A stretch of DNA of 64,000 nucleotides from Wickerhamiella versatilis (taxonomy: Eukaryota), in contig JAQOWU010000008.1 in the NCBI GenBank assembly GCA_030867685.1, positions 3,472,001 through 3,536,000 on the forward strand. Reading direction: 5' to 3'. Positions 50,565 through 61,386 of this stretch are shown one piece after another (the first letter of the stretch is position 1; every line of letters begins with the position of its first letter). Below the pieces are notes generated by a model that saw nothing but the letters and a program-made list of their open reading frames with translations, did not search any database and had not been told where the DNA came from. The position numbers and the translations under genes are program-made.

Positions 50565-52904
50565 ATGGCGTTTTGGAACCTTGGTTCCTCGATTCAGTCT
50601 GTCTCTGCGGTGGATAAGGTTTTAGAAAAACCAGAGCATACTTTGGAAGATGTTCTCGATGCTGGAGACCTGATACAACAACTCCAAGACCCTAGTCTTC
50701 GACTGGTTGAGTACCTGTGCCAAACTGATGTGATTCTACAGCTTGTTGAGTATGTAGTCAATGATGGATCCACTTCCGTTGAAAATGAGGGCGGTAGTGC
50801 AGAGGGTTCGGCAGCAGATCGTGAGCAGGGGTCTAGTGATGAAACCAGCGACGAACATCGTGAAGAGGGTGAGAGCCCTCTAGATGACAACGAAAGTACA
50901 GATGAGGATAGCAGAAGTGATTTCTTGCAAATCGGGTATCCGAAGTTGGCTGCACACATTCTAAGCGCAAATATTTGGGATGTTCTTGATGCCTTGGTTT
51001 CCAACGAAGAGGCAATGAGAAGGCTTTTCGATATTCTTGATAGTGAGGAAGAAGCTTCGTCGCAGCAGCTCTCCAATTTTACTCGAATCGTGGAAAACCT
51101 ACTTGAACGTCGACTCGAAGTGACTGTAGAGTTCATTAAGACGCTACCCCGATTCGTCGACCACTTCATTAAGTATGTTGATAATCCTCCACTGATAGAT
51201 TTCCTTCTGAAGGTAATATCTACGGATCATCCTGATTCCCCCTCGGACGTCATAGATATGCTTTATGATCAGCAGCTTGTCCCCAAAATGATAGCTTTAT
51301 TGAAACCTGATGTTTCAAATTCCCGACAAACGGCCGCTGGTGACTTCTTGAAGGCCTTGGTAACCATTAGTGGGGGAAATAAAGCAGAAGCATGTAGTAT
51401 TGGACCCAATGAGCTGACCCGACAATTTGTGAGTGAGCCCTGCATATCTGAACTAGTCCAGATTATGCTTTGCGGTGGCTCAGGCATGTGCATTGCAGTA
51501 GGGGTAATTATCGAAATCATTCGAAAAAATAATACGGACTATGACTATGTTCAGGTTTTGTCTACCACTCTACAGTCGCATCCTCCTAATCCTCGCGACA
51601 GTATTCATCTTGGATCTTTGGTCAAGGCATTTGCAAAGGCCATCCCTGATTTTCAAGCTATGCTGACTCGTGAGCATACGGAGACTATGCAGATGCCGTT
51701 TGGCACGATACAACCTCTTGGTTTCGAGCGGTTTAGAATATGCGAGCTCTACGCAGAACTATTACACTGCTCGAATATGGGACTTTTGAATGATGTGCAT
51801 GGGGAAGAAATCGTAAATCTACGTGATAGTGAAAGGCAGCGTAGATTTCATGATGGAAGCAAGACCAACGCTTCTACCGACGCAGCGACAGCTCAGAATA
51901 CGCCTGCTGAGTCCTCACCTGGGAATGCCAGCCCGGAAGCATTTGCTCCAGTGCCAGAGGAGGGACAGAAATCACCAGAGCTTTCGTCAAGTGATGAAGA
52001 AGATGCCAACCGGACTGTTAGTCTGGATGGTGCGGAATCCCCGCCATTCTACCAGACTGTGGATTCTTTCAACGAGGACGAGGATGCCATTCAATCACAA
52101 GCCGTGGGAGATCTGGAAGGGCCGGAGTTGGAACGTGCCCTTGAAGAAAAGGAAAGAGCTATTAGAGAACATCCTTTGATTGGCGATCAGCTTAAGCTTG
52201 CACTGAATGATAATGGGTGCATAAAAACTGTATTCAGCATGCTATTTGAATTTCCATGGAACAATTTCCTGCATAATGTTGTCTTTGATATAGTGCAACA
52301 GATTTTTAATGGCGCAATGAATGCGACCTACAACAAATTCCTCGCAATACATTTGTTCACTGAAGAGAATATTACGAGCTTTATTGTCCGTGGCCAGCGG
52401 GCTAACGATGAGTACGAAAAGGCTCACAATATTAGACTGGGTTACGTCGGCCATCTCACCCTGATTTCTGAAGAGGTTGTCAAGTTCAGCGGTAGTTATC
52501 CACCATACTTGGTTAGTCCAAAATTGGTAGAGGCATTTGAGGATCCCGAGTGGAATGAATATGTTCAAAATTCTCTTTTGAAACTTCGTGAACAGTACAA
52601 CCAGCTATTAGGAGGAAGACAGGAACAAGTGGATGGTATCGAGGTCGTTACGGTTGGAGATACAGATGAAGAAGAGGACGTCGATGACGGTCTTGGCTCG
52701 AGACCTATAGACTTCGACGATGATTCAGAGGGGTTTCAGAGGTACATGAGTCGTGAGTTATCGGGCTCACTTACGAACCTTGGATCCAGTGATGAGGAGG
52801 ATGAAGATGAGGCATGGGTGCCCGTGCCGGATCGCGAGCACCAGTACAAAGATGCAGAGGAACATGATAGCGACGAAGGTGAGTCTAATGACTTGGGGAA
52901 GTAG
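50565..52904 (+). CDS. Sit4 phosphatase-associated protein (SAPS family)
   Basis: MAFW start, IGPNELTRQ, PLGFERFRICEL.AELLHCSNM, FPWNNFLHNVV, RLGYVGHLTLI. Confidence 0.93.
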   Translation: MAFWNLGSSIQSVSAVDKVLEKPEHTLEDVLDAGDLIQQLQDPSLRLVEYLCQTDVILQLVEYVVNDGSTSVENEGGSAEGSAADREQGSSDETSDEHREEGESPLDDNESTDEDSRSDFLQIGYPKLAAHILSANIWDVLDALVSNEEAMRRLFDILDSEEEASSQQLSNFTRIVENLLERRLEVTVEFIKTLPRFVDHFIKYVDNPPLIDFLLKVISTDHPDSPSDVIDMLYDQQLVPKMIALLKPDVSNSRQTAAGDFLKALVTISGGNKAEACSIGPNELTRQFVSEPCISELVQIMLCGGSGMCIAVGVIIEIIRKNNTDYDYVQVLSTTLQSHPPNPRDSIHLGSLVKAFAKAIPDFQAMLTREHTETMQMPFGTIQPLGFERFRICELYAELLHCSNMGLLNDVHGEEIVNLRDSERQRRFHDGSKTNASTDAATAQNTPAESSPGNASPEAFAPVPEEGQKSPELSSSDEEDANRTVSLDGAESPPFYQTVDSFNEDEDAIQSQAVGDLEGPELERALEEKERAIREHPLIGDQLKLALNDNGCIKTVFSMLFEFPWNNFLHNVVFDIVQQIFNGAMNATYNKFLAIHLFTEENITSFIVRGQRANDEYEKAHNIRLGYVGHLTLISEEVVKFSGSYPPYLVSPKLVEAFEDPEWNEYVQNSLLKLREQYNQLLGGRQEQVDGIEVVTVGDTDEEEDVDDGLGSRPIDFDDDSEGFQRYMSRELSGSLTNLGSSDEEDEDEAWVPVPDREHQYKDAEEHDSDEGESNDLGK

Positions 52905-53014
52905 AGGTTAACACTGGCTCATGACTCAACTAACTGCTATTTTGCGAAATACCAATGGCTATGTTTTTTATATAGACCTAATCCAGTTTATTTTTATCTA
53001 GGCGGCTTTTGTCT

Positions 53015-53812
53015 CTAAGACACTTTTTTCTCAGAACGTTGCTTAAGCTTCCTACCTGACTTTTCACTCGTTGTGCCCACAGAAGGGGTGTCTTCCGAAA
53101 CCTTGGTGCTAGTAGCAGGTGATGAGCCACTTACCTTTGTCACCAAAAGGCCTAGCCAAGTATCTGACCAAGTTGGTAGCGGAATATCTGTAGGATCAAC
53201 GCTCAATTCTTCACTTCCCTCAAGTAGGGCAACATTACCAGCGGGGTATACAACAAACTGGTGCCCATTTGCTAGCTTGACCTGTTTACGCATAGTGACA
53301 ACACCCATGGGGCCGGAGGCCGTAGCCTTTGCCTCGTCGACTATGCTCTGAATCTTTGCACGTTGCTGGTGAGCGGTGGAGTACAGATACGCGAATTGCA
53401 ACGCGGTAGTCACCCCTGCAAGTAAAATTACTGCAGTGATGAAACCGGGCTTCCATCTAGAAAACAAATACTCGCCATCCTTAAGTTCGGGAAAGCCCTT
53501 TTTAAGATAGAAATCGTATCGGTCTCGATTGGGGCTTCGTAGGATCTTATGAACGTTGTTCAGCCTTGCAAAACGCTCGGTTGCTTCCTTTCCGGGGTTG
53601 CGATCCGGATGAATAGCACGACTCAGCTTGCGGTAAGCCTTATTGATGGTAACCGCATCCGCATTTGCTTTAACGCCTAGCCAAGAATAGAATGTCGTGT
53701 CAGGACCAAGGTCCTGAATGATATTTTCGCGCAACTTGAAGATGTCAAGATCTGCATTTGACCAACAAGTTACCACCGCACACAGTAAAGGCAATACGAA
53801 CAAAAGATTCAT
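53015..53812 (-). CDS. ERJ5: ER DnaJ protein Erj5
   Basis: Signal peptide, W..DL.IF, J-domain AYRKLSRAIHPDRN, RYDFYL..GFP, TM segment. Confidence 0.88.
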   Translation of the reverse strand: MNLLFVLPLLCAVVTCWSNADLDIFKLRENIIQDLGPDTTFYSWLGVKANADAVTINKAYRKLSRAIHPDRNPGKEATERFARLNNVHKILRSPNRDRYDFYLKKGFPELKDGEYLFSRWKPGFITAVILLAGVTTALQFAYLYSTAHQQRAKIQSIVDEAKATASGPMGVVTMRKQVKLANGHQFVVYPAGNVALLEGSEELSVDPTDIPLPTWSDTWLGLLVTKVSGSSPATSTKVSEDTPSVGTTSEKSGRKLKQRSEKKVS

Positions 53813-54183
53813 TTCGCCACGTAGCTCTGTTAGCTCTGGATGATCAAACGGGAGACACGCGTGGGTAAGGGTATATATATGTGAATTATTTCGGCTGTGA
53901 ACCAGCTATAAATTGCAGCTACTGAGTACTTCAAAGTGACTCTAAACCGGAAGTCTTTCGTGTGATAAAAACCATTAAAGAGAATCTATCTCAACCCGCG
54001 CTTTCTCGTTTATGACGGTCTTCATAGCTATTATAGTCATTTTTTTGTTTTCGGAGTCATAGTCGCTAGTTCTAGAGTTAAGCGTAAGTTTTCGCAAGTT
54101 CTATTCGAAGCTGACTGGTAAGATACTTGAAACATAGAGGATAGAATACTTATGGCGAACAATGCGGGCATCTTAGTAATCAT

Positions 54184-55847
54184 ATGTTCTCTGCGGCGAA
54201 ATCAGATACGCTTTTCCTCAACGGAGAGCGCATCAGTGGAGATGAGATTCGAAGCCAAAACGTTCTTGCATGCACAGCACTAGCGAACGTTGTTAAGTCT
54301 TCGCTTGGACCAGTTGGTTTGGACAAGTTTCTTGTTGATGATATAGGCGATGTCACCGTCACTAATGACGGCGCTACGATACTTTCGCTACTCGAAGTTC
54401 AACACCCAGCTGGACAAATTTTGGTTAACTTGGCGCAGCAACAGGATCGTGAGGTTGGTGATGGTACAACCTCTGTTGTGATTTTTGCAACAGAGCTCCT
54501 GAGACGGGCCAGTGACTTGGTAAAAACGCATATTCATCCTACCACTATTATTACAGGTTATCGTTTGGCACTTCGTGAGGCTGTTAACTACATGAATAAT
54601 ATTCTTGCTGTTCCAGCTGAGAGTTTGGGAAAGGAAGCATTGGTCAATATCGCGAAGACGTCAATTTCATCAAAAATCATTGGCAGCGATTCAGACTTTT
54701 CAGCAATATGGCTGTAGATGCTATGTTGGCTGTTAAGACGACCGATTCCAGGGGAGTAACAAGATACCCTGTTAAGGCTGTTAATGTCTTAAAAGCAACG
54801 GGAAAATCATCCACCGAAAGCGTCCTTTTACGTGGGTATGCTCTTAATTGTACTATAGCGAGCCAGGCGATGAAGCGTTCGGTAAAAGGCGCTCGCATTG
54901 CTATTCTTGATATGAATCTCCAGAAGGCCAAGATGAGTTTAGGAGTCAATGTCAAAATCGATGATCCCGAACAGTTGGAGGCAATAAGGAAGCATGAACT
55001 TGATATTGTAACAGATCAAGTACAGAAAATCATCAAGTCTGGTGCCAATGTGGTTCTAACAACTAAGGGTATTGATGATCTTTGCCTCAAGCTGTTTGTA
55101 GAGGCAGGCGTTATTGCAGTACGTCGCGCCAAGCGTGAAGACTTGCGAAGGATCGCTAGAGCTACAGGTGCCACAATGGTGACCTCTCTGTCAAATATGA
55201 ATGGCGATGAGGTCTTTGAGTCTACCTCGCTGGGCAATGCCGAAAGTGTGGAGCAGGTGCCCATCGGTGACAACGAATGCATTCTTGTGCGAGGCACCAA
55301 GGTTCACTCAAGCTCCTCGATAATACTTCGTGGCTCAAATGAATTTCAACTAGATGAGATGGAACGCTCTCTTCATGATGCTCTGGCAGTTGTTAAACGG
55401 ACGCTGGAATCAAGCAGTGTGGTACCTGGTGGCGGCGCCGTGGAGACAGCTCTCAGTAATTACCTGGAAACATTCTCCACCACTCTAAGCTCTCGTGAAC
55501 AAGTGGCCATCGCAGAATTTGCAGCGGCATTGCTTATTATTCCCAAAACTTTGACAGTTAATGCTGCAAGAGACTCCAGCGATTTAGTTGCGAAACTTCG
55601 ATCTTACCATGCAGCGGCCCAAACTGCGGAACCTACTGATACGAAGCGTCGGTCATATAAATATTTTGGGCTCGACTTGTTCCAGGGCAAGTGTGTGGAC
55701 CAGATGAAGGCTGGTGTACTAGAGCCAAGCATGAGTAAAGTCAAGTCACTCAAAGCTGCCGTGGAAGCATGCATTGCAATTCTTAGGATTGATACCATGA
55801 TCCAAGTCAACCCAGATCCGCCTCAGGAAGACCCCCATGCCCACTAG
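54184..55847 (+). CDS. TCP1: Chaperonin CCT alpha subunit, split by a one-base frameshift at 54697-54700
   Basis: Two ORFs (54184-54717 and 54708-55847) encode the N- and C-terminal parts ([32 protein letters not shown]). Adding one T restores [10 protein letters not shown]. Confidence 0.95.
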
Positions 55848-55954
55848 GAGCAAATAGAAAAAATACGGGGTTAGTGGATAAATCGTTCTAGGTTCTATCA
55901 AAACTTTATAAATCATAGGAGAGGGACATAACGTTAGATTTTGAAATCAAATGT

Positions 55955-57934
55955 TTACAACGGCATACCATCATCTTGGTCAAACTCGAGACTGGCGTTG
56001 CCGTAGGTATCTTGAAAACCCATATCTGGGTTACCATATCCCGAGCCACCTAAGAAAGATAAACCACCGCTATTACGAGAGGTGCTTGACATAAGACCAG
56101 GCATGATTCCTACACCCATTCCAGGCGGTGAGTTGCCATAAGTGGGAAGGCCACTATTTCCCGGATTATTCCCCAACCCACCGGGTCCGCCTGGCATTCC
56201 CAGAGGATTTCCTCCAATTTGGCTCAGCGGATCATCAACCAAGTTGTTACCGTAACTGTCTCCCCCTAAATTAGAGTCCTGAGATGTATATGTGCTGAGA
56301 GGAAGCATGTCTGGAACTTGTGAGTTGACTCCGAGGCTTGGTCCCATAACTGGTGTTGACACAACTGAAGCGGGGTGTGATGACTGCTGTGTTTGAGTCT
56401 GAGGCAAGTTATTAGGATTCATAAAAGCTTGTTGAGCTGATTGCTGTCGCCTCTGACTAGCAGCGCTCCTGCGAGTATTTTGTCCGTTTTCAGCACCAAT
56501 ATCAAGCATGGCGAACATAGCTGCCTCGGCTTCGTTGTTGCCTTCAGCGAATGAAGCATCAAACCTCGCTAATATGCTATCCACACTCTGCGACACGGGT
56601 AGTGCATCATTCACAAATCCTAGGCCTCCGAATTTACTATCCGTGTCAATGGGAAGCACTTTAGATACGCCCTGCAAAAACCAGAGCTGGCCCTTCATTT
56701 CGTTGCAGTATGACCGAACCAAGGAATAATAAACCGCTACGATTCTTCTCGCCCAAGTGTCACCACGAGCAAGGAGTTGCACAAATTTGCCATCCATCAA
56801 GGCTGGGAACGAGAAAACCCTTAATATGAAATCAGGTCGCATTCTCTGCTGGAGCAGCTTGTCTAAGAACGCAAGGGATGGATAATAAGGGGACGAGAGG
56901 TGCACCGGGTATAAATCAGCGAGTTCAGGCGTGAAACATCTCATCGACGAAAAGCCCTGGGCATTATGAGGTGCAACACAGTTAGCAAGATCAAGCAGAT
57001 CTATTCCCATGAACGCATAAAACTTGGACGTAGGCGGCAAGGTTCCAAGTGCAAGAAGAATTGTTGCAGCACCACGTACATGATGTAGCCATGTGGATGC
57101 TGGCAGCGAACATTGAACCATTTCTGCCGGAGGTGCCGCATTTGCCATCGCATCCAAAATGAGCAATACAGATGCTGCAACCAATGCATCAACATTATCT
57201 CCATTAATCTTTTGTACCTCAGACCTTAGAAGGCTCAAAGCCTCACCACGATGTTGGGTTACAACACTTCCATACGTCTTGGGATCTACCTGAGCAAGAT
57301 GTGTTGCAGAAAACATTAAAATAGCGTGCATCAAAAATGGATACTTGAAACCCATCTCAGGGACGTCAATCTGCCAGATGGACAGAGTTGATATACCTGA
57401 ACTGGCAATAGTCTGAGCGACCTCACATACATAATGGTGAAGCAATCGAAGATTCATTATTTGCAGGTCGGCGCACCCGAGAGTGGCAGTAGAGGCATAG
57501 CGACACTCCAACCTCAGGTTAGTACAGTTTCGGCAGACTGGGCGGGTCTCATCGCATTTCACACGTCTTCTCTTACAGGTCATACATCCGTTACGGCTCT
57601 TCGTGTGCGGGCGTCGTTTCTGCTGTCTGTGGTGATCACTATCACCTCCCACCCCTCCAGGGCCACGTGTGTGTATATCAGAAGTAGCAGAGTAAGGATG
57701 TGCTCTTCCGTGTATAGTGTTGTTAGGCGGCGAGTGGCTCTGCACTGAGGGTGGATGAGAAGACCCATCACCAGGAATCTGGTTAGGCGTGACTGCCGTG
57801 GAACTATTTGCCGATATTTGAGATGGAGAATGAGCACTAAAGATCGGGGACGGCCTTGTACTGTCTATATCAAGATTTTCAGCTTTAATAGCGATGTCGC
57901 CGATATCAGGCTCTTCCGAAAGATCTTCCCCCAT
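55955..57934 (-). CDS. UPC2: Zn2Cys6 sterol regulatory transcription factor (Upc2/Ecm22-like)
   Basis: RRPHTKSRNGCMTCKRRRVKCDE.RP.C.NC; LRLLHHY, FLMHAIL.FSATHL, DALVAAS..LI.D..AN, W..HV.GAATIL, FILRVFSFPA. Confidence 0.88.
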   Translation of the reverse strand: MGEDLSEEPDIGDIAIKAENLDIDSTRPSPIFSAHSPSQISANSSTAVTPNQIPGDGSSHPPSVQSHSPPNNTIHGRAHPYSATSDIHTRGPGGVGGDSDHHRQQKRRPHTKSRNGCMTCKRRRVKCDETRPVCRNCTNLRLECRYASTATLGCADLQIMNLRLLHHYVCEVAQTIASSGISTLSIWQIDVPEMGFKYPFLMHAILMFSATHLAQVDPKTYGSVVTQHRGEALSLLRSEVQKINGDNVDALVAASVLLILDAMANAAPPAEMVQCSLPASTWLHHVRGAATILLALGTLPPTSKFYAFMGIDLLDLANCVAPHNAQGFSSMRCFTPELADLYPVHLSSPYYPSLAFLDKLLQQRMRPDFILRVFSFPALMDGKFVQLLARGDTWARRIVAVYYSLVRSYCNEMKGQLWFLQGVSKVLPIDTDSKFGGLGFVNDALPVSQSVDSILARFDASFAEGNNEAEAAMFAMLDIGAENGQNTRRSAASQRRQQSAQQAFMNPNNLPQTQTQQSSHPASVVSTPVMGPSLGVNSQVPDMLPLSTYTSQDSNLGGDSYGNNLVDDPLSQIGGNPLGMPGGPGGLGNNPGNSGLPTYGNSPPGMGVGIMPGLMSSTSRNSGGLSFLGGSGYGNPDMGFQDTYGNASLEFDQDDGMPL

Positions 57935-58993
57935 ATCCAGCAAAAAAGTAAAAAATTCTCTCTAAATCAGTATGACTGCTACCGATATACTCAGAGAATG
58001 GTGTGAGAAAATCTCTTTTTTGTTATATGAAGCAAGAGAAGTTCGCTGAGTGGATAAGCTTGTAGGTGTACCTTGGGATAGCTTACAGCTATGTTTGTAA
58101 TAATAGAGGTCTGTATAGTCATCTACCTGTTTCGTATCGAAATACGATGATGATGAAGAAAGCATTCGGCTAGCCGGAGTTTTATCCGGCGAGGAATTTG
58201 TGGTATGATTATATTCAATTTATGATTTTGGAGCTATAGAAAAGAGTTAAGTCATTTCTGTAAAATTATTTCGCGCTATTGATTTCTCGTATTCTCTCGC
58301 AATACTTCTCCCAATTGTGTTGAATGTTGCACGAGTTCCACTAGATGGTGGTGTGGGTTTGATTTGCTCGATTGTGTGGTTAAATGATGTTTGCCTAACT
58401 ACTCCATTACAAATAAAAGTTGGCCATTTATCTGACACGATGCTGCAATGGGAACGAAATTGAGGATGAGAATAAGAATTATAATTATGACGCTATGTTA
58501 CGTCAAGGAAACATAATATGCATGAAGCACGGCGCGTAGTCAATAATTTAGACAGTGATATTGCCACCTTTGCGCCTTTAAGCTTTTTCCCTGGAGGTAG
58601 ATTTGTTACTCCATTACATCCTGGTTGTGATAATCCTGTTAGTTCGAAACTAGTTGTTCTTCAGTGCTAAGCTTGAATGGAATTCCACATTTAGGGTTCA
58701 CTGATACCGTGATTAAATTATTTACTAGGGCTAAATAGAGCATGACTTATAAATTATTTCTGTTGTAACCCATATATTCATATATTAGCACTTAACATGA
58801 CAGTTAGCAGATAGCCATGATGCGCTTGACTAGGCACTGAACTGGCTATTGACTCTAATATATGTGAGACATTTCCTTATGAAAAGTAAGGTCTTCACAC
58901 ATCGCAAAGAGTTATCCACTATTTTTCAAGCACCTATGGGAAAAGAGGAGGACCTACTGCTCTCCACATCACGTGCCGCACTTAGTCATCAGA

Positions 58994-59006
58994 TTCTCGA
59001 GCTTTC
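58994..59006. promoter_or_regulatory. Heat-shock-element-like array upstream of AHA1
   Basis: TTC-tc-GAG-ct-TTC (three nGAAn units, one mismatch) about 64 bp upstream of an Hsp90 co-chaperone gene. Confidence 0.55.
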
Positions 59007-59069
59007 CATCGAATATCGTTATATACCTGATTGACTTGCTTAATCCCCCCTTAGATAGCCGATTCAACG

Positions 59070-60041
59070 ATGGTTTTGCATAATCCAAATAACTGGCATT
59101 GGGTGGATAAAAACTGCATTTATTGGGCCCGCGAGTACTTTGCGCAACAATTAACTGGGCTGCACGCCAAGAATGATGATGGCACTGAAGTCGGGACTGT
59201 TGAGGTAAAATCTGTTGATGGTGACGTTGAAGTCTGTCAGCGAAAAGGAAAGGTCATAAGTCTCTTCGATGTTAGTATTGAGGTTTCATACAAGGGCAGT
59301 ATACCTGGATCAGAGGATAGCGTTACGGGCAAGATTAAGATCCCTGAATGTGCTTATGACACTGAAAAAGATGAGTTTCAATTTTTGATTTCAATTGATA
59401 ACGATTCAGCAAGCAAATCACCCGTGAAAAGTCTCATTCGCGCTAAAATTGTACCTCAGTTGCGTGAGCGGCTAGCTCAATTTGGGCCTGACCTGATCAG
59501 AACACACGGGAATGATATTCAACATCCTCCTAGTGATGCGGCCAAGCAAGCTTCCGCATCTGCTGAGAGAAAGCAGGCCGAACAGAAGCAAACGGATCAA
59601 GAAAAAAATGTAGTTGGCCAGAGTACCTATAACACAACATCGCTGAATTTGAAGCCCGTGTTTACCGCGAGTGCAGAACAACTTTATAACGTATTTTTGG
59701 AGCCGAATTTGGTTTCAGTATGGACCCGTGGTCCTGCTAAAGTAGAACCAAAAGTAGGTGGTGAGTATTCACTCTTTGGTGGCAACGTTTCGGGCAAGTT
59801 TCTCAAGCTTGAGCCAAATAGTAAACTTTCGATGACCTGGAGGTTGCGTGACTGGAAGCCAAACCATTATGCACATGTCACTTATGAGTTTTCGCAGGGA
59901 TCGAGCGAAACGTTGCTTGATGTTAAGTGGGATGGCATTCCTGTTGGACAAGAGGAAATAGTAGAATCCAACTTCCAAGAGTATTATGTACGTCCTATCA
60001 TGATGACATTTGGCTATGGAATTCCAACAGATGCATTGTAA
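59070..60041 (+). CDS. AHA1: Hsp90 co-chaperone Aha1
   Basis: MVLHNPNNWHWVDKNC, QRKGKVISLFD, C-terminal AHSA1 domain LFGGNVSG...WRL. Confidence 0.97.
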   Translation: MVLHNPNNWHWVDKNCIYWAREYFAQQLTGLHAKNDDGTEVGTVEVKSVDGDVEVCQRKGKVISLFDVSIEVSYKGSIPGSEDSVTGKIKIPECAYDTEKDEFQFLISIDNDSASKSPVKSLIRAKIVPQLRERLAQFGPDLIRTHGNDIQHPPSDAAKQASASAERKQAEQKQTDQEKNVVGQSTYNTTSLNLKPVFTASAEQLYNVFLEPNLVSVWTRGPAKVEPKVGGEYSLFGGNVSGKFLKLEPNSKLSMTWRLRDWKPNHYAHVTYEFSQGSSETLLDVKWDGIPVGQEEIVESNFQEYYVRPIMMTFGYGIPTDAL

Positions 60042-60075
60042 TAAATAGATAGTTAAACAGAAAAAAAATCTAGGT

Positions 60076-61353
60076 TTACGCGAAGCCCTCGGGAACTCCT
60101 TTGGCTGCTCTTTGTACGCCTCCACGGGGTGAGAGAAATACTCCGCCTAGCTGGGGGTACCACTCGATCTCCTGGTCTCGTATCATTTTGAGGACTCTAT
60201 TGGCACCAAATGAACGATAGGCCACTCTCGTGCTAGGATCCAGGAACCGAGCTGGTAGACCAGTAAATGGACATAACCGCTTCGGAGGTGGCGAAACAAC
60301 TTCAGTAGCCATAGGACCCATAACAAGCTGTCTTATTGCCGCTTTGTTATGTGGTGAAATTCCGGGAAACTCATGTGCGGTCACAAAATTGTACGTGCGT
60401 TCGAGCGGCGGGCCTGCAACGTCGCGTATATCGGTGCCACCCTCTGCCTCTTCATCATTATCATTCTCAGTCCCTTCTTTCCAAGGCGCTATCTCCACTT
60501 TTTCCTCTGTTTCCTGTTTGCTATCCTCGGTGGTAGTCTGCTTTTCCTTAGGTTCCTGCTTGACTTTCGGTAGATCTACAAGCGGATAGGATAGCACTGC
60601 CGCAGATGTATACCTGATAAATTCCGTAAGTTTCGGTCGTCTCCCCAGCATTGCTAGACGCTGTTGCTGTTTGCGTACCTCTTCAAGTTCAACAAATCGG
60701 TTAAGCGAAGCCAGGTTTTTCTGTTCCGTAACTTGTGCTTCTGCGAGTCTCTGCGCCTGCGTCATTTGTGGCTGCTTTTTCCGCTTGGGCGGCTTATATG
60801 CCGCATGTCGTTGTTCTTGCTCCATGAGACGTTCAATCAGATGTTCTCTATTGCGAATAGCGGACGTACGTTGAGAAACTCTGCGATGCTCCGTATCAAC
60901 AACTTCATCTACTGAGACATGATACTTTTTACGAGGTTGAGAAACCTTGGGCTCTCTCTTTTTTATTGTGAACATTTTCTGGCGCTCGAGTTTACGTTTT
61001 TCTCGAGCACTCTCACGTTCTTGCCGCTTTAACTCTTGCTCTCCAGCATCTTCAGGCTGTGCAGCTTCTTCTTCCTCAATTCCAGAGCTTTCAGAATCAC
61101 TGAAATTCGACGCATCTGACGACTCATTACTATCATCTCCACTAGATTCGCCACCTGACTGGCCATCATCTGCAGATTCGGCCTTTTCAGCATCGAACTC
61201 CTCATCATCTGGTACTTCGGCGAATATATCCGCATCCTCCTCTTCGACAGGCTCTTCACCAGCTAGAAGTGCTTTAAGCCGGTTTCCAGCATTTGTCCGT
61301 CTTGATCTAGTGTGAATGATTCCATCCTTCAAGCTAGCTTCATCATCCGACAT
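60076..61353 (-). CDS. VPS72: SWR1 complex subunit Vps72/Swc2 (YL1)
   Basis: RSRRTNAGNRL..LL, MTQAQRLAEA..TE..N..SL, CPFTGLPARFLDP.T. Confidence 0.92.
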   Translation of the reverse strand: MSDDEASLKDGIIHTRSRRTNAGNRLKALLAGEEPVEEEDADIFAEVPDDEEFDAEKAESADDGQSGGESSGDDSNESSDASNFSDSESSGIEEEEAAQPEDAGEQELKRQERESAREKRKLERQKMFTIKKREPKVSQPRKKYHVSVDEVVDTEHRRVSQRTSAIRNREHLIERLMEQEQRHAAYKPPKRKKQPQMTQAQRLAEAQVTEQKNLASLNRFVELEEVRKQQQRLAMLGRRPKLTEFIRYTSAAVLSYPLVDLPKVKQEPKEKQTTTEDSKQETEEKVEIAPWKEGTENDNDEEAEGGTDIRDVAGPPLERTYNFVTAHEFPGISPHNKAAIRQLVMGPMATEVVSPPPKRLCPFTGLPARFLDPSTRVAYRSFGANRVLKMIRDQEIEWYPQLGGVFLSPRGGVQRAAKGVPEGFA

Positions 61354-61386
61354 CGTCTGAGATGATGGTAATTACATAAGAATTCC

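Noticed and set aside
53813-54183. Possible ncRNA in the ERJ5/TCP1 gap
   Set aside because: No RNase P/MRP, snRNA or snoRNA consensus elements in the right order; adequately explained as a divergent promoter.
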